Positions 52,041 through 61,736 of a stretch of 64,000 bases of DNA are shown here, piece after piece (the first letter of the stretch is position 1; every line of letters begins with the position of its first letter). Under the pieces are notes generated by a model. The model was not told the DNA's origin, ran no database searches, and worked only from the letters and a program-made list of their open reading frames with translations. Position numbers and translations under genes: made by a program. Source of the stretch: an uncultured Thermoplasmata archaeon (GTDB lineage Archaea > Thermoplasmatota > Thermoplasmata > Lutacidiplasmatales > UBA184); contig CAVOMG010000001.1 of assembly GCA_963696985.1 (NCBI GenBank), forward strand, positions 299,024 to 363,023, written 5' to 3'.

Positions 52041-53141
52041 CGGGTCGTTGAGCGGCATCCGCTCGACCTCGAGCGCATCCGCGGTCGGATACTCCTCGAT
52101 CTCGAAGGCCGGCAGGTCGAGACGGCGGGCGACCCGCCGGAGCGGACGGGGACCGAGCTCGATCCGTCGCCGGACCCGGTCGACTCGGTAATCCGACGCC
52201 CCGATCCCCGCGAGCCTCGCGATCCTTCGGCCCGCCCGGTCGAGGTCAGCCCCGGCCGGGGCCTCCACGATACCGAGGAGGAGCGTCCCCTCCCCGGTGG
52301 AAACGGCGAACGACGGGGCCGTCCGCTCGATCCGCCGTAGAAGTCGTCGCTTGAGCTGCACGCCATCCTTGAACCTCGAGGAGCAGTAGTGGATCGGGAG
52401 CGTCCCTTGGGTCTCCCGCACGAGCCGCTCCGCGATCTCGCGACTGCCCGCGACCCCCCATCCGCCCCGGCGGTCGAGGGCGTAGCCCCGTTCGTAGAGG
52501 TTCGACTCGTTCGTCTCGGAGAATTCGAGCTCGTTCAGATTCACGAAGTCGACGCCGATCTCTCCGAGCGTGTGCAAGAGATGTCGGAGCTCCCCCTCCT
52601 TTCCGGGAAGCACCGGGATCTCGACGCCCCGGCGGATCCCCCAGGACGGAGCCTCCTCGAGGACCGACCGGTACGCCCCGCCCCGGGAGGCGAGTGGCCC
52701 CCAGAGGTAGTGCGGGATGTGGAGCCGGAACTCGTCGAGGCCCGCCGTGGCGAGCCGCTGGAGCTTCTCCGCGTTCGGTTCGTGGGTGTAGAGGTGGATG
52801 TGGTGGGACGGACCGAACTCTCGCTTGAGGAGCTCCACGTAGTGGACGGTCCGGTCGATCACCCCGAGCGGGTCCCCCCCGGTGATCCCGGTCCCACTCG
52901 CCCCGATCGACCGAGCCTCCTCCAGGACGTCCGAGTCCGAGAGGACCCGACGCTCGTTCGCGTAGGCGACATCGATCTGGTTGCGGCGCTCGGAGACCGG
53001 GCAGTAGAAACAACGGAACCGGCAGAGACCCGTCACGAAGAGGACCATCTTCTTTCCCTCCGAGCACTGCGTGCACGCGGGCGACATCGGCCCGCGGTAG
53101 GACGAGGCCATCGGCAGGAGGTGGAGCCTCGGATCGGGCAT
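52008..53141 (-). CDS. Radical SAM protein (PflX/COG2108-like activating-enzyme family).
   Basis: CRFRCFYCPV CxxxCxxC radical SAM cluster motif, with GG and ribose-binding regions. Confidence 0.75.
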   Translation of the reverse strand: MPDPRLHLLPMASSYRGPMSPACTQCSEGKKMVLFVTGLCRFRCFYCPVSERRNQIDVAYANERRVLSDSDVLEEARSIGASGTGITGGDPLGVIDRTVHYVELLKREFGPSHHIHLYTHEPNAEKLQRLATAGLDEFRLHIPHYLWGPLASRGGAYRSVLEEAPSWGIRRGVEIPVLPGKEGELRHLLHTLGEIGVDFVNLNELEFSETNESNLYERGYALDRRGGWGVAGSREIAERLVRETQGTLPIHYCSSRFKDGVQLKRRLLRRIERTAPSFAVSTGEGTLLLGIVEAPAGADLDRAGRRIARLAGIGASDYRVDRVRRRIELGPRPLRRVARRLDLPAFEIEEYPTADALEVERMPLNDPARPTVPGGGR

Positions 53142-53316
53142 CGCCGAGGACCGGACGGCCCGCCCATTTAGGGTTGTCTACACGACCGGGGCGACGGTCG
53201 GCCGGGCATCACCGACCCCGCCCTCCAGGCGGTTACTCGGAGGCCACCGCCGAGGGGCAGGTTCAAATGCTACACCCGTCTGCCCGCGTACCGATCCGAG
53301 GTCCGCTTCGATGGAG

Positions 53317-54075
53317 ATGCAACCAGGCCAGATGGCGTACGACCGGGCAAGCACCGTCTTTTCACCCGATGGGCGGCTCTTCCAGGTGGAGTACGCCCTG
53401 CAGGCGATCCAGATGGGCGGGACGGCGGTCGCCGTCACCTACGACTCCGGGATCGTCTTCGTGGCGTACCGGAACCTGCCGGTCAGTAGCCTCGCGGAGT
53501 CGGGCTCGATCGAGAAGAGCTTCGCCATCGACCCCGGCCTCGGCTGCGTCACGGCGGGGCTGATCGCCGACTCACGGGTCCTCGTGGAGTTCCTGCGCCT
53601 CGAAGCCCAGCGCCACCGGATCACCTTCGGGGAGGCGGCCCCCTACACCCTCCTCGGCCATACCCTCGGGACCCACCTCCAACAGTTCACCCAGTTCGGC
53701 GGAACGCGACCGTTCGCGGTCTCGCTCCTCCTGGGTGGGTTCGCCTCCGACGGCGGCCCAGGGCTCATCGAGCTCGACCCGAGCGGGGCCACGATCGGCT
53801 GGAAGGCCTACGCCATCGGCCGGAACCGGCGGGCCGTCGCCGACTTCCTCGAGGAGAAGATCACCGCGAGCCGTTCTGAGGAGTCCGCCTTCAAGCTCGC
53901 CGTCCAGGCCGTCGCCGAGGGCTCCCCGACGCCGTTCCCCGCCGAGGCGCTCGACGCCGCCATCCTCGAGCCGGAGAAGGACCTAAGGCGCCTCGTGCCG
54001 ACCGAGGTCGCTCGGCGCGTCTCGGGCCTGCCGTTCATCGGCCCGAGCGAGCGGGCGAACAAGCCCGCGAAGTAG
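53317..54075 (+). CDS. psmA: Proteasome subunit alpha.
   Basis: YDRASTVFSPDGRLFQVEYA alpha-subunit signature. Confidence 0.9.
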   Translation: MQPGQMAYDRASTVFSPDGRLFQVEYALQAIQMGGTAVAVTYDSGIVFVAYRNLPVSSLAESGSIEKSFAIDPGLGCVTAGLIADSRVLVEFLRLEAQRHRITFGEAAPYTLLGHTLGTHLQQFTQFGGTRPFAVSLLLGGFASDGGPGLIELDPSGATIGWKAYAIGRNRRAVADFLEEKITASRSEESAFKLAVQAVAEGSPTPFPAEALDAAILEPEKDLRRLVPTEVARRVSGLPFIGPSERANKPAK

Positions 54076-54113
54076 ACCGTTCGACCGCCACCCCCCGGGG
54101 TCGGTGGGGCCCC

Positions 54114-55815
54114 CTATCGGGCCGCCGCTTCGGCGTCCTCGCGGAGGCGGATCCGCCGCCGGGTCCGGTGGTACGTGACGGCGAACCGGTGGGCCTCGTC
54201 CCGGACCGCTCTTAGAAGGAGCATCGCCGGCGCGTTCGGGTTCGGCCGCAGCGGCTCCGACTCGTCCGGTCGGTAGACCTCCTCGAGCCGCTTCGCGAGC
54301 CCGATCGTTGGGATCGTCTCCTCGAGGTGGAGCTCGCGGAGCGCCTCCATCGCCGAGGAGAGCTGGCCGCGGCCCCCGTCGATCAGGAGAAGGTCGGGGA
54401 GGCGCTCGGACTCGGCGAGTTGGCGCGTGTACCGCCGCCGGACCACCTCGCGGACCATCGCGAAGTCGTTCGTTCCCTCGACGGTCCGGATGCGGAAGCG
54501 CCGGTACTCCGACTTCGCCGGCGCGCCCCGCTCGAAGACGACCACCGAGCCGACGGCGTTCGACCCCTGGAAGATCGAGATGTCGATCCCCTCGATCCGG
54601 TTCGGGATCTTCGGAAGGGTGAGCAGGGTCTGGAGGGCGATCAGGACCTCGCGGGGGGCCGCCCGCGGGGCGACCGAGTCGACGTGGGCGCGCGCGAGAC
54701 GCTCGGCGAGGTTTGCGAAGGCGGCGTGGCGCCCGGTCGGCCGGAACCGGACCTCGATCCCCCGCTCCCCCTCGAGCCAGTCGACGGTCTCCTCGATCCC
54801 GGCCGGCCGGGCCCCCTGAATGTAGATCCGCTTCGGCAGTTCGAGGCGGTTCCCGTAGTACTGGGTGAGGAACTGTCGGAGGGTCTCCCCGAGCTCAGGA
54901 GCGTCGTCCGCTGGGATCTGGAGCAGGTGGGGCTCGGTCCCACGGACCTCCCCGTCCACGATGTGGAGGAGCCCGACGGCGACCCGCAGGCTCGCCGGGT
55001 CGTTGGGGTAGGCGAGCGCGAGGACGTCGGCGCGGCCCTCCCCGGGCCCGATCACGTGCTGGCGTTCGGCGAGCGCCGAGAGCCCGGCGAGGGCGTCGCG
55101 CAGCGCCCCGGCCCGCTCGAACTCTTCGGCCTCGACCGCGTCCCGCATCGACTGGGCGACGGTCCGCTCGAGCTCGGCCCCGCCCCCTCGAAGGACCCCG
55201 ATCGCCCGATCCACCTGAGCCCGGTATCCCGGTTCATCGACCGCGCCGATGCACGGCGCCGTGCAGGTGCGCAGGTGGTAGGTACAGGCACTCCTTGCGG
55301 GGGAGGCGGACGCATTGGCGGATCTGGAACGTCTCGGAAAGGAGCTTCTGGAGCCCGCGGGCCTCCCGGGCGCTCGGGTACGGACCGAAGAGGATGGTCG
55401 GGCCGCCCCGGCGGGGCCTCCGCACGACGAGGACGCGCGGGAAGCGCTCGCCGAGGGTGACCGCGAGGTAGGGGAAGCTGCGGTCGTCCTTGAGGAGCGT
55501 GTTGTACGGGGGCTGGTACTGCTTGATGAGGCTCGCCTCGAGGAGGAGCGCCTCGCGCTCGCTCACCGTCGGCACGAACTCGACCGAGGCGCTGCGGGCG
55601 ACGATCGTCCCGTCCTTCTCGACCCGGGCGTGGAGGTGGTCGAGCACGCGGCGGCGCAGGTTCCGGGACTTCCCGACGTAGACGACCTCGCCCCGCGCCG
55701 ACCGGAACAGGTAGACACCGACCGAGTCGGGCCCGGATCGGAACCCCTCCTTCGTCGTCACGGCGAGTTCGCTCGCCGGGACGAACCCCGGGAAGCGCGG
55801 CTCGGGCGCGGTCAT
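54114..55815 (-). CDS. uvrC: Excinuclease ABC subunit C (GIY-YIG N-terminal domain + UvrBC-interaction + RNase H-like endonuclease domain), frameshifted near 55250. No C-terminal HhH region seen.
   Basis: GVYLFRSARGEVVYVGKSRNLRRRV (GIY-YIG) in ORF 55234..55815. The real continuation is CLYYHLRTCTAPCIGAV... in the frame of ORF 54114..55214. The ATG overlaps the uvrA stop (ATGA at 55812-55815). Confidence 0.8.
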
Positions 55816-58640
55816 CGCACGGGCGGGGCGGCTTCCATCGAACGTCCGAGGAGCGGTGCCAAGAAGGCACCGGTATAGGAGCCCCGGGCCCGGGCGACCT
55901 GCTCCGGGGTCCCGTGCGCGACGATCCGGCCCCCGGCCTCGCCCCCTTCAGGGCCGAGGTCGATGAGCCAATCGGCCGACTTGAGGACGTCGAGGTTGTG
56001 CTCGATCACCACGACCGTGTTGCCGCCCGAGCGCAACCGGAACAGCACGTCCAGGAGGCGCTCGACATCCTGGAAATGGAGCCCGGTCGTCGGCTCGTCG
56101 AGGAGGTAGAGCGTCCGGCCGGTCGGGGTCTTCGCGAGCTCGAAGGCGATCTTGATCCGCTGGGCCTCCCCGCCGGAGAGCGTTGTGGCGCTCTGCCCGA
56201 GCTGGAGATAGCCCAAGCCGACGTCGGTGAGGAGCTGGAGCCGCGACTCGATGCGCCGGTGGTTCCGGAAGAACTCGAGCGCCTCGTCGACGGTCATCGA
56301 GAGGACCTCGGCGATGGTTTTCCCCTTGAACTTCGCCTCGAGGGTCTCGGCGTTGAACCGTTGCCCCCGGCACTCCTCGCACATCACGTAGACGTCGGGG
56401 AGGAAGTGCATCTCGTACCGGATGACGCCGTCGCCCTCGCACGCTTCGCAGCGTCCGCTCGCGACGTTGAAGCTGAATCGGCCGGGCCCGAAGCCGCGGG
56501 CCTTCGCCTCGGGAAGGCCGCTGAAGAGTTCCCGCAGCGGGGTCATCAGCCCGGTGTACGTCGCGGGATTGCTGCGGGGCGTCCGTCCGATCGGGGCCTG
56601 GTCGATCAGAAGGACCCGGTCGATCTGGTCGATCCCCTCGATGTGGTCATGCTTTCCCGGGATCTCCCGGCCGAGGCCCAGGTGGCGCCGGACCGCCTTG
56701 TAGAGGATCTCCTGCATGAGGGTCGACTTCCCCGAGCCGCTGACACCGGAGAGCGCCGTGAGGGTCCCCAGGGGCAGGCGGATGTCCTCGCCTTTTAGGT
56801 TGTTCTCCCGGGGGCCCGGATCTCGAGCCACCGGTCCCCGGGTCGGCGGCGTTCCGGGGGGATCTCGATCGCCCGCCGTCCGGACAGGAAAGCCCCCGTG
56901 ATCGAGCGGGGCGAGTCGATGATCCGCTCCGGCGGGCCGTCGAAGAGGAGCTCGCCCCCCAGCGCCGGCGCCGAGTCCGAGGTCGATGAGCCAATCGGCC
57001 TCGCGCATGGTCTGCTCGTCGTGCTCGACGACGAGGACGGTGTTGCCGAGGTCGCGGAGCGTCTTCAGGGTCGCGAGCAAGCGCTGGTGGTCGCGCGGAT
57101 GGAGCCCGATCGACGGCTCGTCGAGGATGTAGAGCACCCCAACGAGGCCGGAGCCGATCTGGGTCGCGAGCGCGATCCGCTCCGCCTCCCCGCCCGAGAG
57201 GGTCGCGGAGCCCCGGTCGAGGGTCAGGTAGGTGAGCCCGACGTTCTCGAGGAACCCGAGCCGAGACCGGATCTCCTTCACGACCTGCCCGACGATCTTC
57301 TCGTCGCGCTCGTTCAGGTGGAGGTCGCGGAAGAGGGGGATCAGGCGGTCGATCGGCAGCTTCGAGAACTCGGCGATCGACCGGTCGAGGACCTTGACCG
57401 CGAGGCTCTCCGGCTTCAGCCGGTCCCCGTGACAGTGGTGGCACGGGACGAACGTCATGAAGCCCATGTAGTACTCCTTGGCGCCCTCGCTCTTGGTCGC
57501 CTTCCAGCGCCGTTCGACGGCGCGCGCGAGACCTTCCCGGAGCCATCCACCCCCCCACCAGTGGTGGGCGCCGTGGGCCCCCATCCCGAGCGACCGATCG
57601 CTCCCGTTGAAGAGCGCCTCCCACCCCTTCTCCGAGAGTTCGGAGACGGGGCGGCGCGGGTCGTAGTCGAACAGTCGACCGAAACGTTCGAGCGCCTCGC
57701 GCTCCGGGGCGAGGCCCCACACCGCGATCGCCTTGCCTAGTGGCTTCGACCGGTCCGGGATGATCAGCCCGGGGTCGGCCCGGAGGATCGCCCCGATCCC
57801 CAGGCACGTCGGGCAGGCGCCGAACGGGTTGTTGAAGGAGAACATCCGAGGGGAGAGCTCTTCGGAGGAGAATCCGCAGATCGGGCAGGCCCTCCGGCTC
57901 GAGAAGACCGTGCGGGTGCCCTTCGGGCCCCGGGCGATCACGAGGCCGTCGGCGAGGTCCCGGGCGAGCGTCGCGGCCTCGCTGAGCCGCGCGCTCTCGT
58001 CGCCGGGCTCGACCGTGTCGACGACGACCTCGACCGTGTGCTTCTTGTTCTTCTCGAGGCGGATCGCGGCGGGGTTGCGGGCGTCGACGCCGTCGATCAC
58101 GAACCTTCGGTAGCCGTCCTTGCGGAGCCGGTCGAGGAGGTCGCGGAACTCGCCCTTCTGGCCCCGGACCACCGGCGCCAAGATGTCGACTCGCCCCTCT
58201 CGCGCGACGGCCTGGATCGCCTCGACCATTCGGTCGACCGATTGGGGAAGGATCTCGTGCCCGTCGTTCGGACAGTGCGGGACGCCGATGCGGGCGAAGA
58301 GGAGACGGAGGTAATCGTGGATCTCGGTGACCGTCCCGACGGTCGAGCGGGGGTTCCGGCTCCCCGCCCGCTGCTGGATGGCGATCGCCGGCGAGAGCCC
58401 TTCGATGGAGTCGACGTCGGGCTTGTCCATCTGCCCGAGGAACTGGCGGGCGTACGCCGAGAGGCTCTCGATGTACCTCCGCTGGCCCTCGGCGTAGAGC
58501 GTGTCGAACGCCAGGGAGGACTTCCCGGAGCCGCTCACGCCGGTCACGACGATCAACCGGTCTCGGGGAAGGTCGAGGGAGATGTTCTTGAGATTGTGCT
58601 GGCGCGCGCCTCGGATCCGGATCGCCGGCCCCGAAGGCAT
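55812..58640 (-). CDS. uvrA: Excinuclease ABC subunit A (two ABC ATPase modules, zinc fingers). A probable pair of compensating frameshifts around 56850-56960.
   Basis: [15 protein letters not shown]-terminus, Walker A motifs [10 protein letters not shown] and [15 protein letters not shown] signature. The segment [16 protein letters not shown]... is out of frame relative to the conserved ...[34 protein letters not shown]... found in the adjacent frame. Confidence 0.85.
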   Translation of the reverse strand: MPSGPAIRIRGARQHNLKNISLDLPRDRLIVVTGVSGSGKSSLAFDTLYAEGQRRYIESLSAYARQFLGQMDKPDVDSIEGLSPAIAIQQRAGSRNPRSTVGTVTEIHDYLRLLFARIGVPHCPNDGHEILPQSVDRMVEAIQAVAREGRVDILAPVVRGQKGEFRDLLDRLRKDGYRRFVIDGVDARNPAAIRLEKNKKHTVEVVVDTVEPGDESARLSEAATLARDLADGLVIARGPKGTRTVFSSRRACPICGFSSEELSPRMFSFNNPFGACPTCLGIGAILRADPGLIIPDRSKPLGKAIAVWGLAPEREALERFGRLFDYDPRRPVSELSEKGWEALFNGSDRSLGMGAHGAHHWWGGGWLREGLARAVERRWKATKSEGAKEYYMGFMTFVPCHHCHGDRLKPESLAVKVLDRSIAEFSKLPIDRLIPLFRDLHLNERDEKIVGQVVKEIRSRLGFLENVGLTYLTLDRGSATLSGGEAERIALATQIGSGLVGVLYILDEPSIGLHPRDHQRLLATLKTLRDLGNTVLVVEHDEQTMREADWLIDLGLGAGAGGRAPLRRPAGADHRLAPLDHGGFPVRTAGDRDPPGTPPTRGPVARDPGPRENNLKGEDIRLPLGTLTALSGVSGSGKSTLMQEILYKAVRRHLGLGREIPGKHDHIEGIDQIDRVLLIDQAPIGRTPRSNPATYTGLMTPLRELFSGLPEAKARGFGPGRFSFNVASGRCEACEGDGVIRYEMHFLPDVYVMCEECRGQRFNAETLEAKFKGKTIAEVLSMTVDEALEFFRNHRRIESRLQLLTDVGLGYLQLGQSATTLSGGEAQRIKIAFELAKTPTGRTLYLLDEPTTGLHFQDVERLLDVLFRLRSGGNTVVVIEHNLDVLKSADWLIDLGPEGGEAGGRIVAHGTPEQVARARGSYTGAFLAPLLGRSMEAAPPVR

Positions 58641-58908
58641 CGCCGGGTGCTCGAGCTCGACCGCCGGGGAGGAGCCGTCCCCGGGCGACGGGATGGTCGT
58701 GCCGGTCGGCCGACGATTCGAAGAACGGACGCTGCGAGCCGCCACCGAGGACAACGACCTGGGCCGGCTATTTAACGCGCCGAGTAGCGGTGTGAAACGG
58801 TCCACGAGGGGAGGAGCCTTGAAGGCCCCCGGGGGATTCAGAGGAGGTTCGACCGCCGGTTCACGGCGGCGCGGCGCCGGTCTCCGCCGCGGGGCGCGGC
58901 GGGGCCTC

Positions 58909-61355
58909 TTACTGGGGGGCCTTGCGGACCCGGCGCGCCCGCGGTGGGGGGGTCTCCGTCCGAACGGCTCCCTCGGTGGGAGCGGCCGCGGGCTCCGAGG
59001 CGGGGGGGGCCCGGGCGGCGTGGCTCTTGCGGGCCGGCGCTTTCCGGGGGGCCTTCTTCGTCGCTTCGACCTTCGGCTTCTTCTCGCGGGACGGACACTC
59101 CGGATTGATACAGAGCGTCCAAGGGGGTCGCCCCGCCTCGATCGCGGTCACCACCGGGGCCCGGCAGATCGGGCACGGCGGCTGATCCTTCTCGAGCTTG
59201 CCCCGTTGGGGCAATGGGTAGGTGACCCGGCAGTTCGGATAGCCGGTGCACCCCACGAACCGCTTCCCGAGGAAGGAGTACCCGGATCTCGAGCGGCGAG
59301 GCGCAGTTCGGGCAGCTACCGATCCGGAACGCCCGGTGGTGCTCGGCGCACTCCGGGTTGATACAGTAGAGGTCCGGCCGTTGCCCTCGGAAGGTGATCT
59401 TGACCCTCGGGACCTTGCAGGTCCCGCACAGGAACTCCGGGGCCGGCTCGATGAAGCCGGCCGACGGAAGGTTGTAGGTCGCGGTGCAGCGCCCAGGGTT
59501 GTTGACGCACTGGACCCATCGGGCCCCCCGGGGGCTCCGAGCGAGACGCAGGGCGCCGCCGCACAAGGCGCACGGGCCCACGAAGTGCTGCGTGTCGAGG
59601 GCCCCCGTCAGGGTTTCCCGGACCCCCTCCCGGTTGCGGGTCAAGAGCTCGTGGGCCTCGCGCAGCATGTCCCGGGAATCGGAGAGCACCTGGGCCTTCT
59701 CCTTCTTCGACTCAGCGACGAGCCTCCATCTCCTCCTCGAGGCGGTGGGTCATCTCCGGGCGGGTGATCAGTGGGGCGTGGGCCTTCAGCGCCTCGGTCA
59801 CGGCGATGCCAGTCACCGTCGGCTCGAGCGAGCGCTGTTGGACGTAGTGCCGATCGAAGAGCTTCTGGAGGACATCGTGCCGGGTCGACTTCGTCCCGAG
59901 GCCGAGCCGCTCCATCTCCTGGATCAGCGTGCCCTGGGTGAACCGCTTCGGTGGCCGGGTCTGGTCCTCCCTCAGCGTGATCGAGCGGATCTCGACGTTC
60001 TGGCCGACCGAGAGCACGGGCATCGGCGCCTGCTCCGGATTGGAGTACGGATAGACCCGGTACCAGCCGGGCTCGACGAGGATCTGGCCCTTACCGTCGA
60101 ACTTCTCGGCTCGAATGTCGACGGTGACGGTCCGCGAGAGGCCCGTCGAGTCCGGGGCGACGGTGGCGAGGAAACGGCGGACGACGAGCTCGTAGACCTT
60201 GGCATGGTCCGGCTTCAACTTCTTCGGATCCGTCACGCCGGTCGGGTAGATCGGCGGATGGTCGGTCGTCTCGCTGCGACCGCGGGTCGCCCGGAACGTC
60301 TCCTGAGAGAGCACGTAATCGGCGGCCTCCCGGAACGGGCTCTCCTTGAACTTCTCGACGAGCGAACGGAGCCCGACCCCTCGAGGGTAGACCGTGTTGT
60401 CGGTCCTCGGGTAGCTGATCAGGCCCTGGGTGTAGAGGTCCTCGGCGATCCGCATGACGTAGGCGGCCCCGAGACCCTGACGAGTTGCCTCGGCGACGAA
60501 GAGGGTCGTGCTGAACGGGATTGGCGGGCGACGGCGGGTCGGCTCCTCGGCGAACGCCTCGACCCGACCCTCACGGCTGCCGTCAACCCTCTGGAAGACC
60601 TTCTCCGCCTCGGCCCGCACATCGAACCGTCCGTGCTGGTGGGCGAGGGCGAACGTCTCCTGGCCGTCGGTGGCCTCGGCCTCGATGAGGTAGAACGGCT
60701 TGGGGACGAACTCCTTGATCTCCTGGTCCCGCTCGACGAGCAGAGCGAGCGTGGGGGTCTGCACGCGGCCCGCGGAGAGGAAGCTCTTCCCCCGTTGGCC
60801 CGCGACGATCGAGAGGAAGCGGGTGAGCAGGGCCCCCCAGACGAGATCGATCTCCTGGCGGGCCTCCGCGGCCTCGGCAAGCGCGTGGTCGAGCTCGGCG
60901 AGGTGGGTGAAGCTCTGTTCGATCTCCTCGCGGGTGAGGGCGCTGTAGCGGGCCCGCTTCACCTCGATGTTCGGGTGGACCTTCTTGAGGAGCTCGAGCG
61001 CCTCGGAACCGATGAGCTCCCCCTCGCGGTCGAAATCGGTGGCGATGATGACCCGGTCGAACTCCCGGACGATCTCCTGGAGGGTCCCGACGATCCCGGT
61101 CTCCGTGACGCGCTTTAGGGGCTCGGTCTCGAGGAGGCGGCCGAGCGATTCGAGGTTCCAATCCGCGAACTCGGGGGGGTAGTCGAGTTCCACGATGTGG
61201 CCCCGCAGGCCCACGACGGCGTACGGGCCCTCGGGACGGTCGAAGCGGAAGACGTTCGTCCCCGCGGTCCGAAGTCGTTGCATCCGGCCGTCGGAGAGGA
61301 CGATGGCGATCCGAAGGGCGGTGTTGAACTTCTCCGCGATGACGAGCGTCCGCAT
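58909..61355 (-). CDS. topA: DNA topoisomerase I (type IA) with C-terminal zinc-ribbon repeats. The C-terminal region is fragmented by at least 2 frameshifts (~59700, ~59260).
   Basis: Toprim [10 protein letters not shown]... and the topo IA core (ISYPRTDN, active-site Tyr region) in ORF 59712..61373. The Zn-ribbon repeats ([31 protein letters not shown]) are in ORFs 58838..59689 and 58909..59256. Confidence 0.8.
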
Positions 61356-61428
61356 GGGGTCCGAGGGCGGCATCTAGGCCGGGCGCCCTAGTTAAGAGTA
61401 GAGGGCAGTGCGGGTCGAGCCCGGCGCT

Positions 61429-61450
61429 CGAACGTGCGCGCGCACGTTCG
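61429..61450. promoter_or_regulatory. 22-bp perfect palindrome CGAACGTGCGCGCGCACGTTCG ~75 nt upstream of topA.
   Basis: Seen directly. Exact dyad symmetry in the topA/tRNA-Phe divergent region. Confidence 0.35.
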
Positions 61451-61542
61451 GTGCGAGGGTCCGGCGCGGGGGCCTCTCCCGACGGTCCGGAGTCGAGCGA
61501 CGGATGGAGGGCCGACCGCCCGGCGCGCTCGCACGCCACCGC

Positions 61543-61549
61543 CTAAATA
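61543..61549 (+). promoter_or_regulatory. TATA-like box (ctaaata) ~30 nt upstream of tRNA-Phe.
   Basis: A/T box at archaeal promoter distance from the mature tRNA 5' end. Confidence 0.45.
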
Positions 61550-61575
61550 GGGGGAGGGGAGTCGGGCCGCGGGGT

Positions 61576-61649
61576 GCCGCGGTAACTCAGTTTGGGAGAG
61601 TGCAAGACTGAAGATCTTGAAGCCGCCGGTTCAAGCCCGGCCCGCGGCA
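61576..61649 (+). tRNA. tRNA-Phe (anticodon GAA).
   Basis: Folded by hand: acceptor GCCGCGG/CCGCGGC, D-arm ACUC-AGUUUGGGA-GAGU, anticodon stem CAAGA/UCUUG with loop CUGAAGA, T-arm GCCGG-UUCAAGC-CCGGC, discriminator A. No encoded CCA. Confidence 0.85.
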
Positions 61650-61736
61650 TGCTCTCCCGACCCCCTCCGACGCTGAAACCCGGCACGTGGACGGCGCCGC
61701 CGCTCTCTCACCGATCCGCTTCGAGCGAACGCTAAG

